Positions 32,142 to 42,078 of a DNA stretch of 64,000 nt are shown here, piece by piece (position 1 is the first letter of the stretch; each line of letters begins with the position of its first letter). Position numbers and translations under genes: made by a program. Location of the stretch: the sequence record OZ035760.1. One strand, 5' to 3'. Below the pieces are notes generated by a model that saw only the letters and a program-made list of their open reading frames with translations, was not told the origin of the DNA and made no database searches. Source of the DNA: Tequatrovirus NIC06P2.

Positions 32142-32360
32142 TTATGTTTTGCGACTAAATTGTTCATAGTGCTGAATTACCTCTCTTAAACATTTGCATG
32201 TGAATGAGAACTTTTTAGCTACACCACATTCAAATATATGTTCTCTTAAATCACGTGTATCAGTATATCCCATCTCAACAATAAAATGCCTTATTAGATT
32301 TTTATCTTTATCATTGAGAGAGTTAAAATAATCGGATTTTGAATTAATTTCCCTGGTCAA
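32142..32360 (-). CDS. hypothetical protein (72 aa)
   Basis: Complete ORF. Confidence 0.45.
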   Translation of the reverse strand: MTREINSKSDYFNSLNDKDKNLIRHFIVEMGYTDTRDLREHIFECGVAKKFSFTCKCLREVIQHYEQFSRKT

Positions 32361-32640
32361 ATTGAATCACCTTCAGTTGACGTTTTAGCTCTTTTATCAT
32401 TTCTTCGTTCATCGCAATATAAAGATCGCGTAGAGCAGGTTTTAGCATTCCATTTACTGGAGAACTAAATGGGCACACATAATCTTTTCCTACGAGCTTT
32501 TTAGTGAATTCCATATTACAGAACTGAAATGCCGGTTCATTGGCATAAATTCCCCATTTGGTTGACATCATTTTATTGGCATATTCCAGTGCCTGGATTT
32601 GATTCATAATTCCATCAATTTGAAACTTTTTAATATTCAT
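32344..32640 (-). CDS. hypothetical protein (98 aa)
   Basis: Complete ORF. Confidence 0.5.
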   Translation of the reverse strand: MNIKKFQIDGIMNQIQALEYANKMMSTKWGIYANEPAFQFCNMEFTKKLVGKDYVCPFSSPVNGMLKPALRDLYIAMNEEMIKELKRQLKVIQFDQGN

Positions 32641-33101
32641 TAGTAAAGGTCCTCAGAGTAAAGTTCTTTTTCATTACCACCACGTTCAATACGTACTTGT
32701 CCAGCGTAAGTTGCAATAATCATTGCTTCTTCACGTGTCCAATAATTACTATATTGGTCAATAAACCCTTGGTCATCATCACAAACTTGCTGAGTAACTA
32801 ATTGAGGTTTAACTACATCTAAAACTTCTGCCATATCTTTAGAATAATGACGAGCACCTGGAATAATAAGAGTTCGTCCATCTTTTAATTTAAAACGGTT
32901 GGCTGCACAGACAATTCGTCGTTGATACTTTTGGTTTTCATCCCAATACACAGTCTGCCAACAGATTTCAGGAACTTCATCTAAAACATTTTGTTCTGTA
33001 TATTCACCGCCGTAAGAAGCTAATTTAGCAGCCAGACTTTCCGGAGTCTCACGCGACAAAGCTTTATCTAACAGAGCTAAACGTTCTTTAAAAGTTTTCA
33101 T
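32640..33101 (-). CDS. hypothetical protein (153 aa)
   Basis: Complete ORF with coupled start/stop to neighbours. Confidence 0.55.
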   Translation of the reverse strand: MKTFKERLALLDKALSRETPESLAAKLASYGGEYTEQNVLDEVPEICWQTVYWDENQKYQRRIVCAANRFKLKDGRTLIIPGARHYSKDMAEVLDVVKPQLVTQQVCDDDQGFIDQYSNYWTREEAMIIATYAGQVRIERGGNEKELYSEDLY

Positions 33102-33427
33102 TTAAACCATCCTTTAATACGTTGCCACAAAGTTTTCTGCTGAGCTTTGTTAACACCAATTGAGCGAATAACCGGTTGAGATTCCTGGAATTCTTTATAA
33201 TCATCAAGGTAAATTTCGTAAGCTGCATCTGTAAATGAACTTATTGCTGCCATAAAATTATTGCGAATACCTACTGGAGCATCTTTACTTTCACGAATAA
33301 TCATGTATTTACCAGTCTTAATCTTTACGATAGTTCCAAGATAAGCTCCATGGTACCAAATATCCCAACCCTCTTGAGTAGGTTCTGCACAACGACGAAG
33401 TTCATTAACGATTTCTAACTTGTTCAT
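33098..33427 (-). CDS. hypothetical protein (109 aa)
   Basis: Complete ORF. Confidence 0.5.
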   Translation of the reverse strand: MNKLEIVNELRRCAEPTQEGWDIWYHGAYLGTIVKIKTGKYMIIRESKDAPVGIRNNFMAAISSFTDAAYEIYLDDYKEFQESQPVIRSIGVNKAQQKTLWQRIKGWFK

Positions 33428-33437
33428 TATTTATTCC

Positions 33438-34073
33438 TCACAGTTCAGATGCTACAATGATTACAGCTTCAATGTTTTCTGCCGAGCGTTTAATGTCAAG
33501 ATACACATTACCGTTTTTAGCGATTTTACATGACATTCCGATATCAGTAAATTTCTGAATATGATGTTCCATCATTTTGTATCCAAAAATTCGCATATTT
33601 CCATTGTTGTTAATTTCAAAATTACGAATTCCGTGAGTACGTTTTTCTAAAATAGCGAGATAGTTACTACGATAAGTTTCAACCTTTTTAAGAACAAATC
33701 CATTTTCATCTAGCAGTTTTAACATGAGGTCTTTATCTTCTTCCATATCGGAAGTAATCTCGCGAGCTTTACGAGTTGCTCGTTTTTTCAGCAGTTCCGG
33801 AGCATTTTCTTGTGCATATAAAGTTGCTGCGTTTGAAATAATATCCTGAGCTTCACCAGTAATGATTAATCCATCACCAGATTTCTCCACCAGGCCTTTT
33901 TTAATCAATACCCCAATATTACTATTAACTACTGCGTTACCTAAATCTGGATGCACCTCACGAACTTCTGCAGCTGTAATGAAATCTTTCTTAGCAATAG
34001 TAATTAAAATCGCAGCAGTTTTTTCATTCAGAACATCGTTAGAAGCTTTGATGATGTAAGTTACTTTAGACAT
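33438..34073 (-). CDS. motA: MotA middle-transcription activator (211 aa)
   Basis: Matches T4 MotA length and sequence. Confidence 0.9.
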   Translation of the reverse strand: MSKVTYIIKASNDVLNEKTAAILITIAKKDFITAAEVREVHPDLGNAVVNSNIGVLIKKGLVEKSGDGLIITGEAQDIISNAATLYAQENAPELLKKRATRKAREITSDMEEDKDLMLKLLDENGFVLKKVETYRSNYLAILEKRTHGIRNFEINNNGNMRIFGYKMMEHHIQKFTDIGMSCKIAKNGNVYLDIKRSAENIEAVIIVASEL

Positions 34074-34144
34074 TTTCTAATCTCCGTAATTCTGTATCAG
34101 TAGTTGATAGTTGTATAGTACCACAGTATGCTTTGGTTGTAAAC
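34074..34144 (-). promoter_or_regulatory. early promoter and leader upstream of motA
   Basis: GTTTAC -35 with GGTACTATACAACTATCAACTAC leader; near-duplicate of the cassette at 17342-17415. Confidence 0.5.
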
Positions 34145-34168
34145 CGTTTTGTGAAAAAAATTTAAAAT

Positions 34169-34194
34169 AAAAAAGGGAGAGCCTCGGCTCTCCC
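34169..34194 (-). terminator. intrinsic terminator
   Basis: gggagagcc/ggctctccc stem followed by T-run on the minus strand. Confidence 0.7.
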
Positions 34195-34199
34195 TAAAA

Positions 34200-34349
34200 T
34201 TACTGCATGACTGTGATAACTGTCATGATAACACGTTGAATTCCGAACGCAAGAAGACCTCCTGCTACGGCTGGAACAACACCTAAACCCGCCAGTAAAA
34301 TGCTACCGGATACTAATGCAGCGCTTGTAATACCAATGAATGGACTCAT
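34200..34349 (-). CDS. small hydrophobic peptide (49 aa; motA.1 position)
   Basis: ATG overlaps the gene 52 stop (ATGA); predicted TM peptide MSPFIGITSAALVSGSILLAGLGVVPAVAGGLLAFGIQ... Confidence 0.4.
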   Translation of the reverse strand: MSPFIGITSAALVSGSILLAGLGVVPAVAGGLLAFGIQRVIMTVITVMQ

Positions 34350-35674
34350 TTGATTTCCTCTAAATCTTTGGTGTATTCTGTAACTACATCAGTAGTTTTC
34401 CAATATTCGTTTTCTTCTTTTTTAGCTTTAGCTTCTTCTGCAAGTTTCTTTGCTTCGTCGGAAGTCATATGAAAAATATTCATTCCGACTAGTTTATCAA
34501 CATAAGAAGAATACATATCGATTTTCGAAAGTTCTTCGGTCAGTTCTTTACGAGTTTTACCCTGTACAACAATTTCACCTGAAATTACTTTCTTAATGAA
34601 ATGCGCCTTGGCAAAGGCTAAACGAAAAGCGGACTCAGTTTCTTTAATTTTGTTATCAATTCGTTTTTGGACATAAGTTTTACGAACTTCAACAAAGTCT
34701 TTAATTAAATCAACTACGTTATCGTAAACTTGTAGTTTTCCTTTCTCATTAATAACGGTAATATTCTGAGAACGACGCTCAATCAACCCGAAGTCTTTCA
34801 TAATTTTTGCATGGCGTTCTTCTTCGTTATCGCTCAAAGAATATTCTTTACGGAATTTAACTTTGAATCCAAAACCATGCTCACCACAAGCATCATCCCA
34901 TGTAATGAAGCCTTTATCTTCAAGTGGGTCTAAAATTTTACTCACGTAAGTTTCACGATCATACTTATACGGAATCTCAGTGATATGCATTTGAGTTCGT
35001 GAAGTAAACTTATATGTTCCACGAATTTCATATTGTCCATCAATTTCAACGACTTCACCACGAAATTCTGGGAATTCTACCTTCGGTTTAGTTACTTTCT
35101 TTCCTTGAAGAGCTTGCAGTACAGCTTTCTTGACAGAAGAAACACTATGAGGAAGAATGTAAGTTGCATAACCAGTTGCAATACCGGAAACGCCATTAAG
35201 AAGAACAGTAGGAATAACAGGCAAATAGAAAGCAGGCGGAATGTGTTCTTTATCTTGATGTACCGGAGCATATTCAGTATCTTTATATACGTTATAGAAA
35301 TTTTTACTTACACGAGCAAAAATATAACGACTTGCCGCTGCCTTTTGGACAGTACGAGAACCAAAGTTTCCTTGACCATCTAACAGAGGAAAATTATTAT
35401 TCCAAGTGTTAGCCATCAAAGCACCTGCGTCTTGCGCAGAGTTTTCACCATGATGATATCCAAGGTCCGCTACACCGCCTGCGATAGAAGCGAGTTTGTG
35501 AAACTTATCTTTATTTCCTCGTGCCAAATCAAGAGCTCGAGCAATAACAAATCGTTGAACTGGCTTAAATCCGTCAATCATATTTGGGATAGCACGATTT
35601 TCAACCGTGTACATAGCATAAGCCAATGCTTCATTATCAATGATACTTTTTAAATCGCGATTATTCAGTTGCAT
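34346..35674 (-). CDS. 52: DNA topoisomerase II medium subunit gp52 (442 aa)
   Basis: GyrA-like breakage-reunion domain with active-site Tyr region; T4 gp52 length. Confidence 0.9.
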   Translation of the reverse strand: MQLNNRDLKSIIDNEALAYAMYTVENRAIPNMIDGFKPVQRFVIARALDLARGNKDKFHKLASIAGGVADLGYHHGENSAQDAGALMANTWNNNFPLLDGQGNFGSRTVQKAAASRYIFARVSKNFYNVYKDTEYAPVHQDKEHIPPAFYLPVIPTVLLNGVSGIATGYATYILPHSVSSVKKAVLQALQGKKVTKPKVEFPEFRGEVVEIDGQYEIRGTYKFTSRTQMHITEIPYKYDRETYVSKILDPLEDKGFITWDDACGEHGFGFKVKFRKEYSLSDNEEERHAKIMKDFGLIERRSQNITVINEKGKLQVYDNVVDLIKDFVEVRKTYVQKRIDNKIKETESAFRLAFAKAHFIKKVISGEIVVQGKTRKELTEELSKIDMYSSYVDKLVGMNIFHMTSDEAKKLAEEAKAKKEENEYWKTTDVVTEYTKDLEEIK

Positions 35675-35678
35675 AAAT

Positions 35679-35819
35679 TTACCATACTAGTGAATGTAGT
35701 GCCATAATAACATCAGAAATGAAAAGCACGACTTGAATTAATCCAAACATTACTCCATAATATAGTGCTACCAATAAAGCAGCAAGGGCTAATGAATAGC
35801 CCAAGATTTTCTTAATCAT
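35679..35819 (-). CDS. small hydrophobic peptide (46 aa)
   Basis: Hand-translated ORF MIKKILGYSLALAALLVALYYGVMFGLIQVVLF...; below the track cut-off. Confidence 0.3.
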   Translation of the reverse strand: MIKKILGYSLALAALLVALYYGVMFGLIQVVLFISDVIMALHSLVW

Positions 35820-35970
35820 TAGTAGATAACAACACAAATGTTAAATATGCACACATACCCTGGGCTAAAGCTTGTGAAAACACACTGCTGGCATCGATAC
35901 AGATAGTTAAAACACATGCTACTATCCAACAAATAAATGAAATAACTCCTAATAATTTTGCAATATTCAT
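35812..35970 (-). CDS. small hydrophobic peptide (52 aa)
   Basis: Hand-translated ORF MNIAKLLGVISFICWIVACVLTICIDASS...; overlaps the next ORF by 8 nt. Confidence 0.3.
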   Translation of the reverse strand: MNIAKLLGVISFICWIVACVLTICIDASSVFSQALAQGMCAYLTFVLLSTND

Positions 35971-36066
35971 AATATTCTCCTCAACTATTTTTAAAACCTA
36001 AAATACCAAAGTTTTTAAAATTATTACGATAGAACTGCATCACATGTTCGTTATGGAAATTACTCA

Positions 36067-36525
36067 TTAATATGCCTGCAAAACAAATTTAAAGTTATCA
36101 GCCAACATACGGTTCATTTCTTCAAGCGTTTGATACTCAGAATGATGGTTACGAGTAAACGCCAAAGCTAACTGACCTTTTCCAAATCCTGTCGTCAGAG
36201 GTTTCATCTTAGAAGCAGGCAGATAAAACACTGTGTATGGAACATTGTTATTTGCAATAGTACGCGCAAGTTGAGACCGGCGTTGACGAATATGACTTAA
36301 AACCGCACTGAATCCTTGCTTAGAACGCTGATTACCTACATAAAATCGTGCAGACACACATGGATTACTAAATGGACGACCATCTAATTTACTTACTAAA
36401 AAGTAAAATCCAGGTTTAGATAAAATATCTTTATGTGGAGTTCCTAAAAACCATTCACCACCCTTGATTGTACCAATAACAGTAGCGCCTGCGTTGTTCA
36501 GATCAGTAACAGTCATATATTTCAT
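36067..36525 (-). CDS. ndd: Ndd nucleoid disruption protein (152 aa from MKYMTV)
   Basis: Matches T4 Ndd; track ORF has a 16-codon N-terminal extension. Confidence 0.85.
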   Translation of the reverse strand: MKYMTVTDLNNAGATVIGTIKGGEWFLGTPHKDILSKPGFYFLVSKLDGRPFSNPCVSARFYVGNQRSKQGFSAVLSHIRQRRSQLARTIANNNVPYTVFYLPASKMKPLTTGFGKGQLALAFTRNHHSEYQTLEEMNRMLADNFKFVLQAY

Positions 36526-36585
36526 ATTAATTTCCTCTAAATTATTTTCTACTCCAAGGCCGCATGAATACACACGGCCATTAAA

Positions 36586-36801
36586 TTAATCGTCGCAGTC
36601 GACGCTCAATTCCCAAAACTCTTCTACGGTATAAGTTTCAGTATCATTTTCAATACAGAAACGTTCATTACTGTTATTTACTAAAGTAGCGTTAACTGTC
36701 GGTTTCTCGCTGGTGCTCTTAAGAGGCGAAACACGAATTAACTGATCACCGTTATCTAAACAAAAAATTTCACCAACTTTTACATCTTTAAAAATTTTCA
36801 T
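36586..36801 (-). CDS. hypothetical protein (71 aa)
   Basis: Complete ORF. Confidence 0.45.
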   Translation of the reverse strand: MKIFKDVKVGEIFCLDNGDQLIRVSPLKSTSEKPTVNATLVNNSNERFCIENDTETYTVEEFWELSVDCDD

Positions 36802-36916
36802 AATTCACCTCAAGGAGTATAAAATCCAAATGCAGTTGTTGACCATCCCATCCAATATGGAAAATTTGCACCAATGTAAAACATAAGAATATAAAACCAA
36901 ATGTTTAGTAAATTCA

Positions 36917-37135
36917 TCATTTTACACCATTCCAAATTGTTTCAACTACGGATTTTAAACCATTTTGATGAATATCAATTCCGACTACTGTCATCAAATA
37001 GATTCCAACTACAACTGAACCTAAGGCAAAAATCAGCATGAAAATGAATAAAGCCGGAAAAATATTATCGAAAAACCATTCAATAAATGTAAAAGCACTG
37101 CGTTTACGCTTCATATTTTCCTCACATAAATCCAA
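36917..37135 (-). CDS. small membrane protein (72 aa)
   Basis: Two predicted hydrophobic helices. Confidence 0.45.
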   Translation of the reverse strand: MDLCEENMKRKRSAFTFIEWFFDNIFPALFIFMLIFALGSVVVGIYLMTVVGIDIHQNGLKSVVETIWNGVK

Positions 37136-37235
37136 AGTAAACGTTTAATACATCAATCATTAAAACGATTGGGAATATACTCAAAACTAATAATATTATA
37201 ACTACATTCCATATAGCTTTAATAATCTTTTTCAT
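37122..37235 (-). CDS. small membrane peptide (37 aa, MKKIIKAIWNVVIILLVLSIF...)
   Basis: Starts directly after the conserved early promoter/leader; the longer 82-aa track ORF reads through the promoter. Confidence 0.4.
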   Translation of the reverse strand: MKKIIKAIWNVVIILLVLSIFPIVLMIDVLNVYFGFM

Positions 37236-37293
37236 TTTCTGTTCCTCCGTAGTTGATAGGGTAATAATACCACAGAGGAACAGTCTTGTAAAC
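37236..37293 (-). promoter_or_regulatory. early promoter and leader (GTTTAC...GGTATTATTACCCTATCAACTACGGAGGAAC)
   Basis: Conserved cassette shared with 16651-16705 and 37743-37799. Confidence 0.5.
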
Positions 37294-37478
37294 AACTTTT
37301 TTAAAAATATTCGTAATAAATGTGAATACCAACTACTACCGCTGAAACCTGTGCAACCCACCACGCACAAGCAATAAGTACAGAATTCATAATTTTCATA
37401 ATAACCTCATTACAAAAGTAAATGTTAAACAAATTACTGGAATACTAATTAACCAAACAAAACACCACCACAGTGAAC

Positions 37479-37742
37479 TCATAGCTCAATCTCAATGATT
37501 TCAAGATTATTTTCTTTAATAGCTTTCTTTAAATCATCGTAAATAAGAACTTCCCAAGAATTGTTTAAATCACCATTCAACAAACGCTCTTGTTGCAATT
37601 TATCAGTAAGATATGGTTGATCTGATTCATATTTAGACAATCCCAATGAAATAAATGATGTTGCATCATCAATTTCAGAATATTGTACATAAACAAATTC
37701 ACCTGTGATTTTATGTTTAACATAAAAGAATTTAAATTTCAT
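37479..37742 (-). CDS. hypothetical protein (87 aa)
   Basis: Complete ORF with promoter/leader cassette upstream. Confidence 0.5.
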   Translation of the reverse strand: MKFKFFYVKHKITGEFVYVQYSEIDDATSFISLGLSKYESDQPYLTDKLQQERLLNGDLNNSWEVLIYDDLKKAIKENNLEIIEIEL

Positions 37743-37799
37743 TTTTGTTCCTCCGTAGTTGATAGGGTAATAGTACCACGGTCCTTGTGGTATGTAAAC
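37743..37799 (-). promoter_or_regulatory. early promoter and leader (GTTTAC...GGTACTATTACCCTATCAACTACGGAGGAAC)
   Basis: GTTTAC -35, 17-nt spacer, conserved leader with GGAGG Shine-Dalgarno. Confidence 0.55.
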
Positions 37800-37815
37800 T
37801 AGTTTATGAAAATTT

Positions 37816-38373
37816 TTAGATGGAAAGATACCATCCGTTGTAGTTGCTTTTTCGCACTACCTTACGAAGGTCTTCTCTATCCCCAATGAACTTCGGAGTG
37901 TACTGGATGACACCTGGATGAATTTCTTTAGTGTTGAATATAATTATACAGTCCGCGACTTGATGATTTAGAATGGGCCCTAGATTTATTCCAGAACCGT
38001 ATGGATACTCTCCGCTGCATCCTGTTGTTACCGAAATCCAACGTGAGTCAGTTTGATGTGTCTTAACTTCTACACGAAGCCCACAGTATTTTGGATGTGC
38101 TAAAACATCCCATGCATATGTGTACGGATCATCGACATCTTCTTGGCCTTTATTGACATATCCGCTTAGCCAATCTGCCACAAAAAACTCTGCGTACACA
38201 GCGATACGGCATCTTTCGATAACTTCTGCCTTATCCTGATTTGGGTTCTGTTTTAAAGAGTATCTTACAGTATCAGCAATTTTGACCTTCATTTCATTGG
38301 TTAAATCGCTGTTCGATAGAGTAAATGTCGGAATCTGAAATAGTCTCTGTAACCCAGGATTCGTTTTCTGCAT
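37816..38373 (-). CDS. denB: endonuclease IV (185 aa)
   Basis: Matches T4 DenB length and sequence. Confidence 0.85.
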   Translation of the reverse strand: MQKTNPGLQRLFQIPTFTLSNSDLTNEMKVKIADTVRYSLKQNPNQDKAEVIERCRIAVYAEFFVADWLSGYVNKGQEDVDDPYTYAWDVLAHPKYCGLRVEVKTHQTDSRWISVTTGCSGEYPYGSGINLGPILNHQVADCIIIFNTKEIHPGVIQYTPKFIGDREDLRKVVRKSNYNGWYLSI

Positions 38374-38441
38374 TTAAACTTTCCTTTATGTCGGAATCAC
38401 TGATATTCATATAATAAATCATAATTTCTCTTAAAACAAAA

Positions 38442-38453
38442 GGGCCGAAGCCC
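38442..38453 (-). terminator. hairpin gggc-cgaa-gccc with flanking U-run (after denB.1-position ORF)
   Basis: Stem-loop followed by TTTTGTTTT on the minus strand; identical hairpin recurs at 38670-38681. Confidence 0.55.
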
Positions 38454-38458
38454 TTATT

Positions 38459-38653
38459 TTATTTGAATTGTGCAATTCTTTTCTCTAGACATTCAGCATA
38501 AGATTTCATTGAGATGAACTGTGAAAGTAACAGTTCTTGCTCAACTGCGTTAACTGTTAGAAACTTTGTGCTTTCTAAAAATTTGCTCAGTGCATTAATT
38601 TTGAGCATTAATTGATCGTATTCTTCTTTTACTCGTGCTTGATAACCTAACAT
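38459..38653 (-). CDS. hypothetical protein (64 aa; denB.1 position)
   Basis: Complete ORF bracketed by two identical hairpins. Confidence 0.5.
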   Translation of the reverse strand: MLGYQARVKEEYDQLMLKINALSKFLESTKFLTVNAVEQELLLSQFISMKSYAECLEKRIAQFK

Positions 38654-38669
38654 AATTTTCCTTAGTTAA

Positions 38670-38681
38670 GGGCCGAAGCCC
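38670..38681 (-). other. hairpin gggc-cgaa-gccc at the rIIB stop (second copy)
   Basis: Same 12-nt hairpin with matching flanks (aagggccgaagcccttattt); no U-run on the minus strand. Confidence 0.45.
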
Positions 38682-39620
38682 TTATTTAAATTGTTCAGTA
38701 ACGTCTTCAACTACTTCGTATTGGCAGGTACGCATTTTAGCATCGTTGTAATCAATCGGAATTGATACTACATCACGCGGATGTACTTTAACTTTTACAA
38801 CTCGGCTGGTTGAACTGCCAAAGTGACGAATATAAGATTTAGAACACACATGCAGACCACGAGAACAAGTTTGTGTATCATCGTCATTCACACGAGTACG
38901 TGGCATTTTAACTACTTTACCCGGACTGTTATCAAAGGTGTTTGAGTGACAGTCAAAGTAGTTGTCACGAACTACTTTCCAAGCATAGAAGTAACCATCT
39001 TCGGTGATTTCAATATCGTTTGCTACCAAGAAATCAAAGAGTCGAGATACCGCTTTTTGGCTTGGGTTTTCCAACAGATTTTCCAGGAACGGAAAATAAA
39101 ATTCAAAGTTTTCACCTTTTTCCATCGAGTCAAGAATACGATCAATTAAACCAGACCGCAATTCAATATTTTGATAGAACAAGCTTCCACCTTCAATTCG
39201 AACATCACCGGAAATATATTTTTCAACAGCGCGACGAACGTTAATTTTTTGCGCAGCTTCTTCCAGCTTATCCGCTACAAGCAGATTAAGAATTTCCTGG
39301 AAGTTTGAATGAGTATTAGGAGTTGCGTTATAAGTTACACCGTCAACAGTAATTGAAATGAATTTTTTAGATGCATTCCAAATAATGTCAGATTTAGCAA
39401 CCGGAGCAATAACTGCATCGCTATTAACTTTAACTGTAATATCACCGCTAATAGTAACTTTAGGGCGTTTAGCTTCTTCAGCATTTTTCAAAACACGACG
39501 GATTGTGTCAACCGATACACCTTGCCAATCAGCCAATTCCTGTTGGGTGTAATTACCACTTGAGTACAGCTTAACAATTTCAGCTTGTTCGTTTTTGGTC
39601 AGGCATTTAATATTGTACAT
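38682..39620 (-). CDS. rIIB: rIIB (312 aa)
   Basis: Matches T4 rIIB length and sequence; adjacent to rIIA. Confidence 0.95.
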   Translation of the reverse strand: MYNIKCLTKNEQAEIVKLYSSGNYTQQELADWQGVSVDTIRRVLKNAEEAKRPKVTISGDITVKVNSDAVIAPVAKSDIIWNASKKFISITVDGVTYNATPNTHSNFQEILNLLVADKLEEAAQKINVRRAVEKYISGDVRIEGGSLFYQNIELRSGLIDRILDSMEKGENFEFYFPFLENLLENPSQKAVSRLFDFLVANDIEITEDGYFYAWKVVRDNYFDCHSNTFDNSPGKVVKMPRTRVNDDDTQTCSRGLHVCSKSYIRHFGSSTSRVVKVKVHPRDVVSIPIDYNDAKMRTCQYEVVEDVTEQFK

Positions 39621-39631
39621 AATTTTCCTTA

Positions 39632-41809
39632 TTAGGCCGCAAGGGCCTTCATAGTTTTAGCGATTTGGGAAACTTCATCATCGCTCAAAGAGTTGCGATA
39701 ACCGATGAAGTCGGAAACAATACTGAATTTCTTGGTAAACTCAGCAACCATTTTATCACTATTTTTTGAAGCATTACGTGATAATTCATCAAAAAGATTA
39801 GTTACCGTCCAGATGTCATGACCGATGGTATCTTTTCCACCATTAAAATATACACCCTGTAATGAACTAACCATATTAGCGAGTCGTGTATATTCTTCAG
39901 AAACTTCATCTACACTGAAGTACTTCATCATAAAATCTAGCTCAGGATACTTGATAATTTTATCAATATATCGTTTAGCTGAACTTGAATAACCTACATA
40001 CTTATCATAATCTACATCATCAAAAGCATCTACATATAAATCACGCAAAGCTTCAAAAATACATTGGCACTGACCGAGTTCTTTTACCTTTTTCTGTAAA
40101 AGCGGACGAATAACATAAAATTCATTAATGCCAATAAGATTAGCCATACGAATCAAAATATTCATAGATGGATGACAAAGAGATGTAGTACCATCCATAG
40201 AGAAAATATCAGAACGATGCATATACGCTACATAACCAGTAATTTCATCTGCTTCTGACGTAAGTGTAAACAGTTCCTCTTTTTCCCAACGCCCGTCTTT
40301 AATTTCAAACTTAAATGCTGTAGCAGCTTTAGGACGAGGAGCTTTACTTTTAACTACCTTTGGAATATAGCTTTTAACTAAAGCTTCAATTTCTGACAAA
40401 TAATGAATGTTAACTTCATCACTTTCAAACATCGCCATAATATCAGGAAGCAAATCAATCTGCGATTCTACTTCTGGATTAATAAACAGAAGACGTTCGT
40501 TGTGATGAATATTCAAAGTGTTATTAAATTCACTATCATCTAACGCACGTGCTAATCCACGGACAATATTAACACGATTTTTAATATTATCAATAACGAT
40601 ATTAATTTTTGTTGTATTAATACCAAACAGACGATAACTTGATGCAACGGCTGAAGTTTCATGACTTTGCTTAATGCGCTTCAGTCGAGGGTCAAGATTT
40701 ACTTCATACACAACTCCTGCATTGCATAACTTACTATCAGGTTCAAACATACTCTGCATCTTCTTATATGACAGATTTTTAGTCGTGAATTTGACTGAAT
40801 TACTAATCATATAATCTCGAGCAGAATACCCCATCTTCATCAATTCACGATATGTGTGACGAGGAGATGTAGATTCTTTAAATCGTTTTACATCTTCATT
40901 AAATGCTTTCTCACTGAGTTCTTTAACTCGTTCAATAATATTTTTACGAGTACGATCATCAAGTGAAAGAGCCTCGCGAGATGGAGCAATATCAAGTGAA
41001 CCCATTGGAAACTTAATGTAATTCACTTCATTGCGAATGCTTAACCAGTTGCGGTCTCTAATAACACCATCAATAGGATAAACAATACCGCCATAGATAG
41101 CATATAATCCACCACGATCTGGCCAGTATCTTTCTGGATTTACACCGTAATAATCATCAAAATCCGGAAAATAATCAATTTCGCGGTCAAGACCATTAAT
41201 GATAGCCAAATCTTTGAACGGTCGCATGATATAAGAAACTTCATAAGCAAAGTTTCTAAAGTCTTTTTCTTCAACTGGAACTACGATTTCAATACCAGTT
41301 TTATCATCTGGACCCATTTCTTTTACGAATGTAGGTTTAATCTGTGGACCATCACCATCCATGTAAGCTACATAACCACGAATTTCACCTTTATGATACG
41401 AAGTAATACTAAACGTATCAGTATAACTAAACGGAGATTTAGAACCTAAACCAAATCCGCCAATGAAATCGTTAGATTCAGCCTTAGATGAACTGAAGTA
41501 TGAATTATACAGACCAGGAGAATTATCATCACCCTGAATATCAAAATCACTCATACCCGGACCAAAATCTCGACAAACAAATCGTGGATCTAAACGTCCA
41601 GGAACTTGTATGATAAATTTTTCAGGATTTCCATTGAGAGCATGGGCATCAATCATGTTGGTAATCAATTCACGGACTACTGCGCGAATTTTGTTTGTAT
41701 ACAAATCAGATGACAGAATTTTAAATACTTTAGGAGATGCTGTGATGCTAAATGCTTTTGATTTAGAACCATTACCAAGAATTGTTTCTTTTTCAGTGGT
41801 GATAATCAT
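39632..41809 (-). CDS. rIIA: rIIA (725 aa)
   Basis: T4 rIIA length; N-terminal GHKL-type ATPase-like region; synteny. Confidence 0.95.
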   Translation of the reverse strand: MIITTEKETILGNGSKSKAFSITASPKVFKILSSDLYTNKIRAVVRELITNMIDAHALNGNPEKFIIQVPGRLDPRFVCRDFGPGMSDFDIQGDDNSPGLYNSYFSSSKAESNDFIGGFGLGSKSPFSYTDTFSITSYHKGEIRGYVAYMDGDGPQIKPTFVKEMGPDDKTGIEIVVPVEEKDFRNFAYEVSYIMRPFKDLAIINGLDREIDYFPDFDDYYGVNPERYWPDRGGLYAIYGGIVYPIDGVIRDRNWLSIRNEVNYIKFPMGSLDIAPSREALSLDDRTRKNIIERVKELSEKAFNEDVKRFKESTSPRHTYRELMKMGYSARDYMISNSVKFTTKNLSYKKMQSMFEPDSKLCNAGVVYEVNLDPRLKRIKQSHETSAVASSYRLFGINTTKINIVIDNIKNRVNIVRGLARALDDSEFNNTLNIHHNERLLFINPEVESQIDLLPDIMAMFESDEVNIHYLSEIEALVKSYIPKVVKSKAPRPKAATAFKFEIKDGRWEKEELFTLTSEADEITGYVAYMHRSDIFSMDGTTSLCHPSMNILIRMANLIGINEFYVIRPLLQKKVKELGQCQCIFEALRDLYVDAFDDVDYDKYVGYSSSAKRYIDKIIKYPELDFMMKYFSVDEVSEEYTRLANMVSSLQGVYFNGGKDTIGHDIWTVTNLFDELSRNASKNSDKMVAEFTKKFSIVSDFIGYRNSLSDDEVSQIAKTMKALAA

Positions 41810-41819
41810 AATTTCCTCA

Positions 41820-42023
41820 TTAATTCATATTACGCTTAATAACTTCAGCAACTTCTAGTAATTCATCTTTAGTTGCGGTGTCGGATTGAATTTTATCTCT
41901 AATATCCTTAAAGCGGTTTTTAAATTCTTCGGCTTCTCCCATATCGAAAAAGCGTTGAATGATTCTATATTCTCGATGAACTGCTTTATCAAAAAGTTCT
42001 AAATTTACTTTATATGATTTCAT
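41820..42023 (-). CDS. hypothetical protein (rIIA.1 position, 67 aa)
   Basis: Complete ORF between the gene 39 stop and rIIA. Confidence 0.55.
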   Translation of the reverse strand: MKSYKVNLELFDKAVHREYRIIQRFFDMGEAEEFKNRFKDIRDKIQSDTATKDELLEVAEVIKRNMN

Positions 42024-42078
42024 TTCAATATCCTCATTTGCCCAATTAATTATACCACATCCTTGTGGTAAAGTAAAC
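42024..42078 (-). promoter_or_regulatory. candidate early promoter (GTTTAC at 42073-42078)
   Basis: Reverse complement GTTTACTTTACCACAAGGATGTGGTATAATTAA upstream of the rIIA.1 ORF. Confidence 0.5.

Noticed and set aside
37122-37370. 82-aa version of the small membrane ORF
   Set aside because: Its N-terminal 45 codons run through the conserved early promoter/leader cassette; the 37-aa form starting after the leader was preferred.
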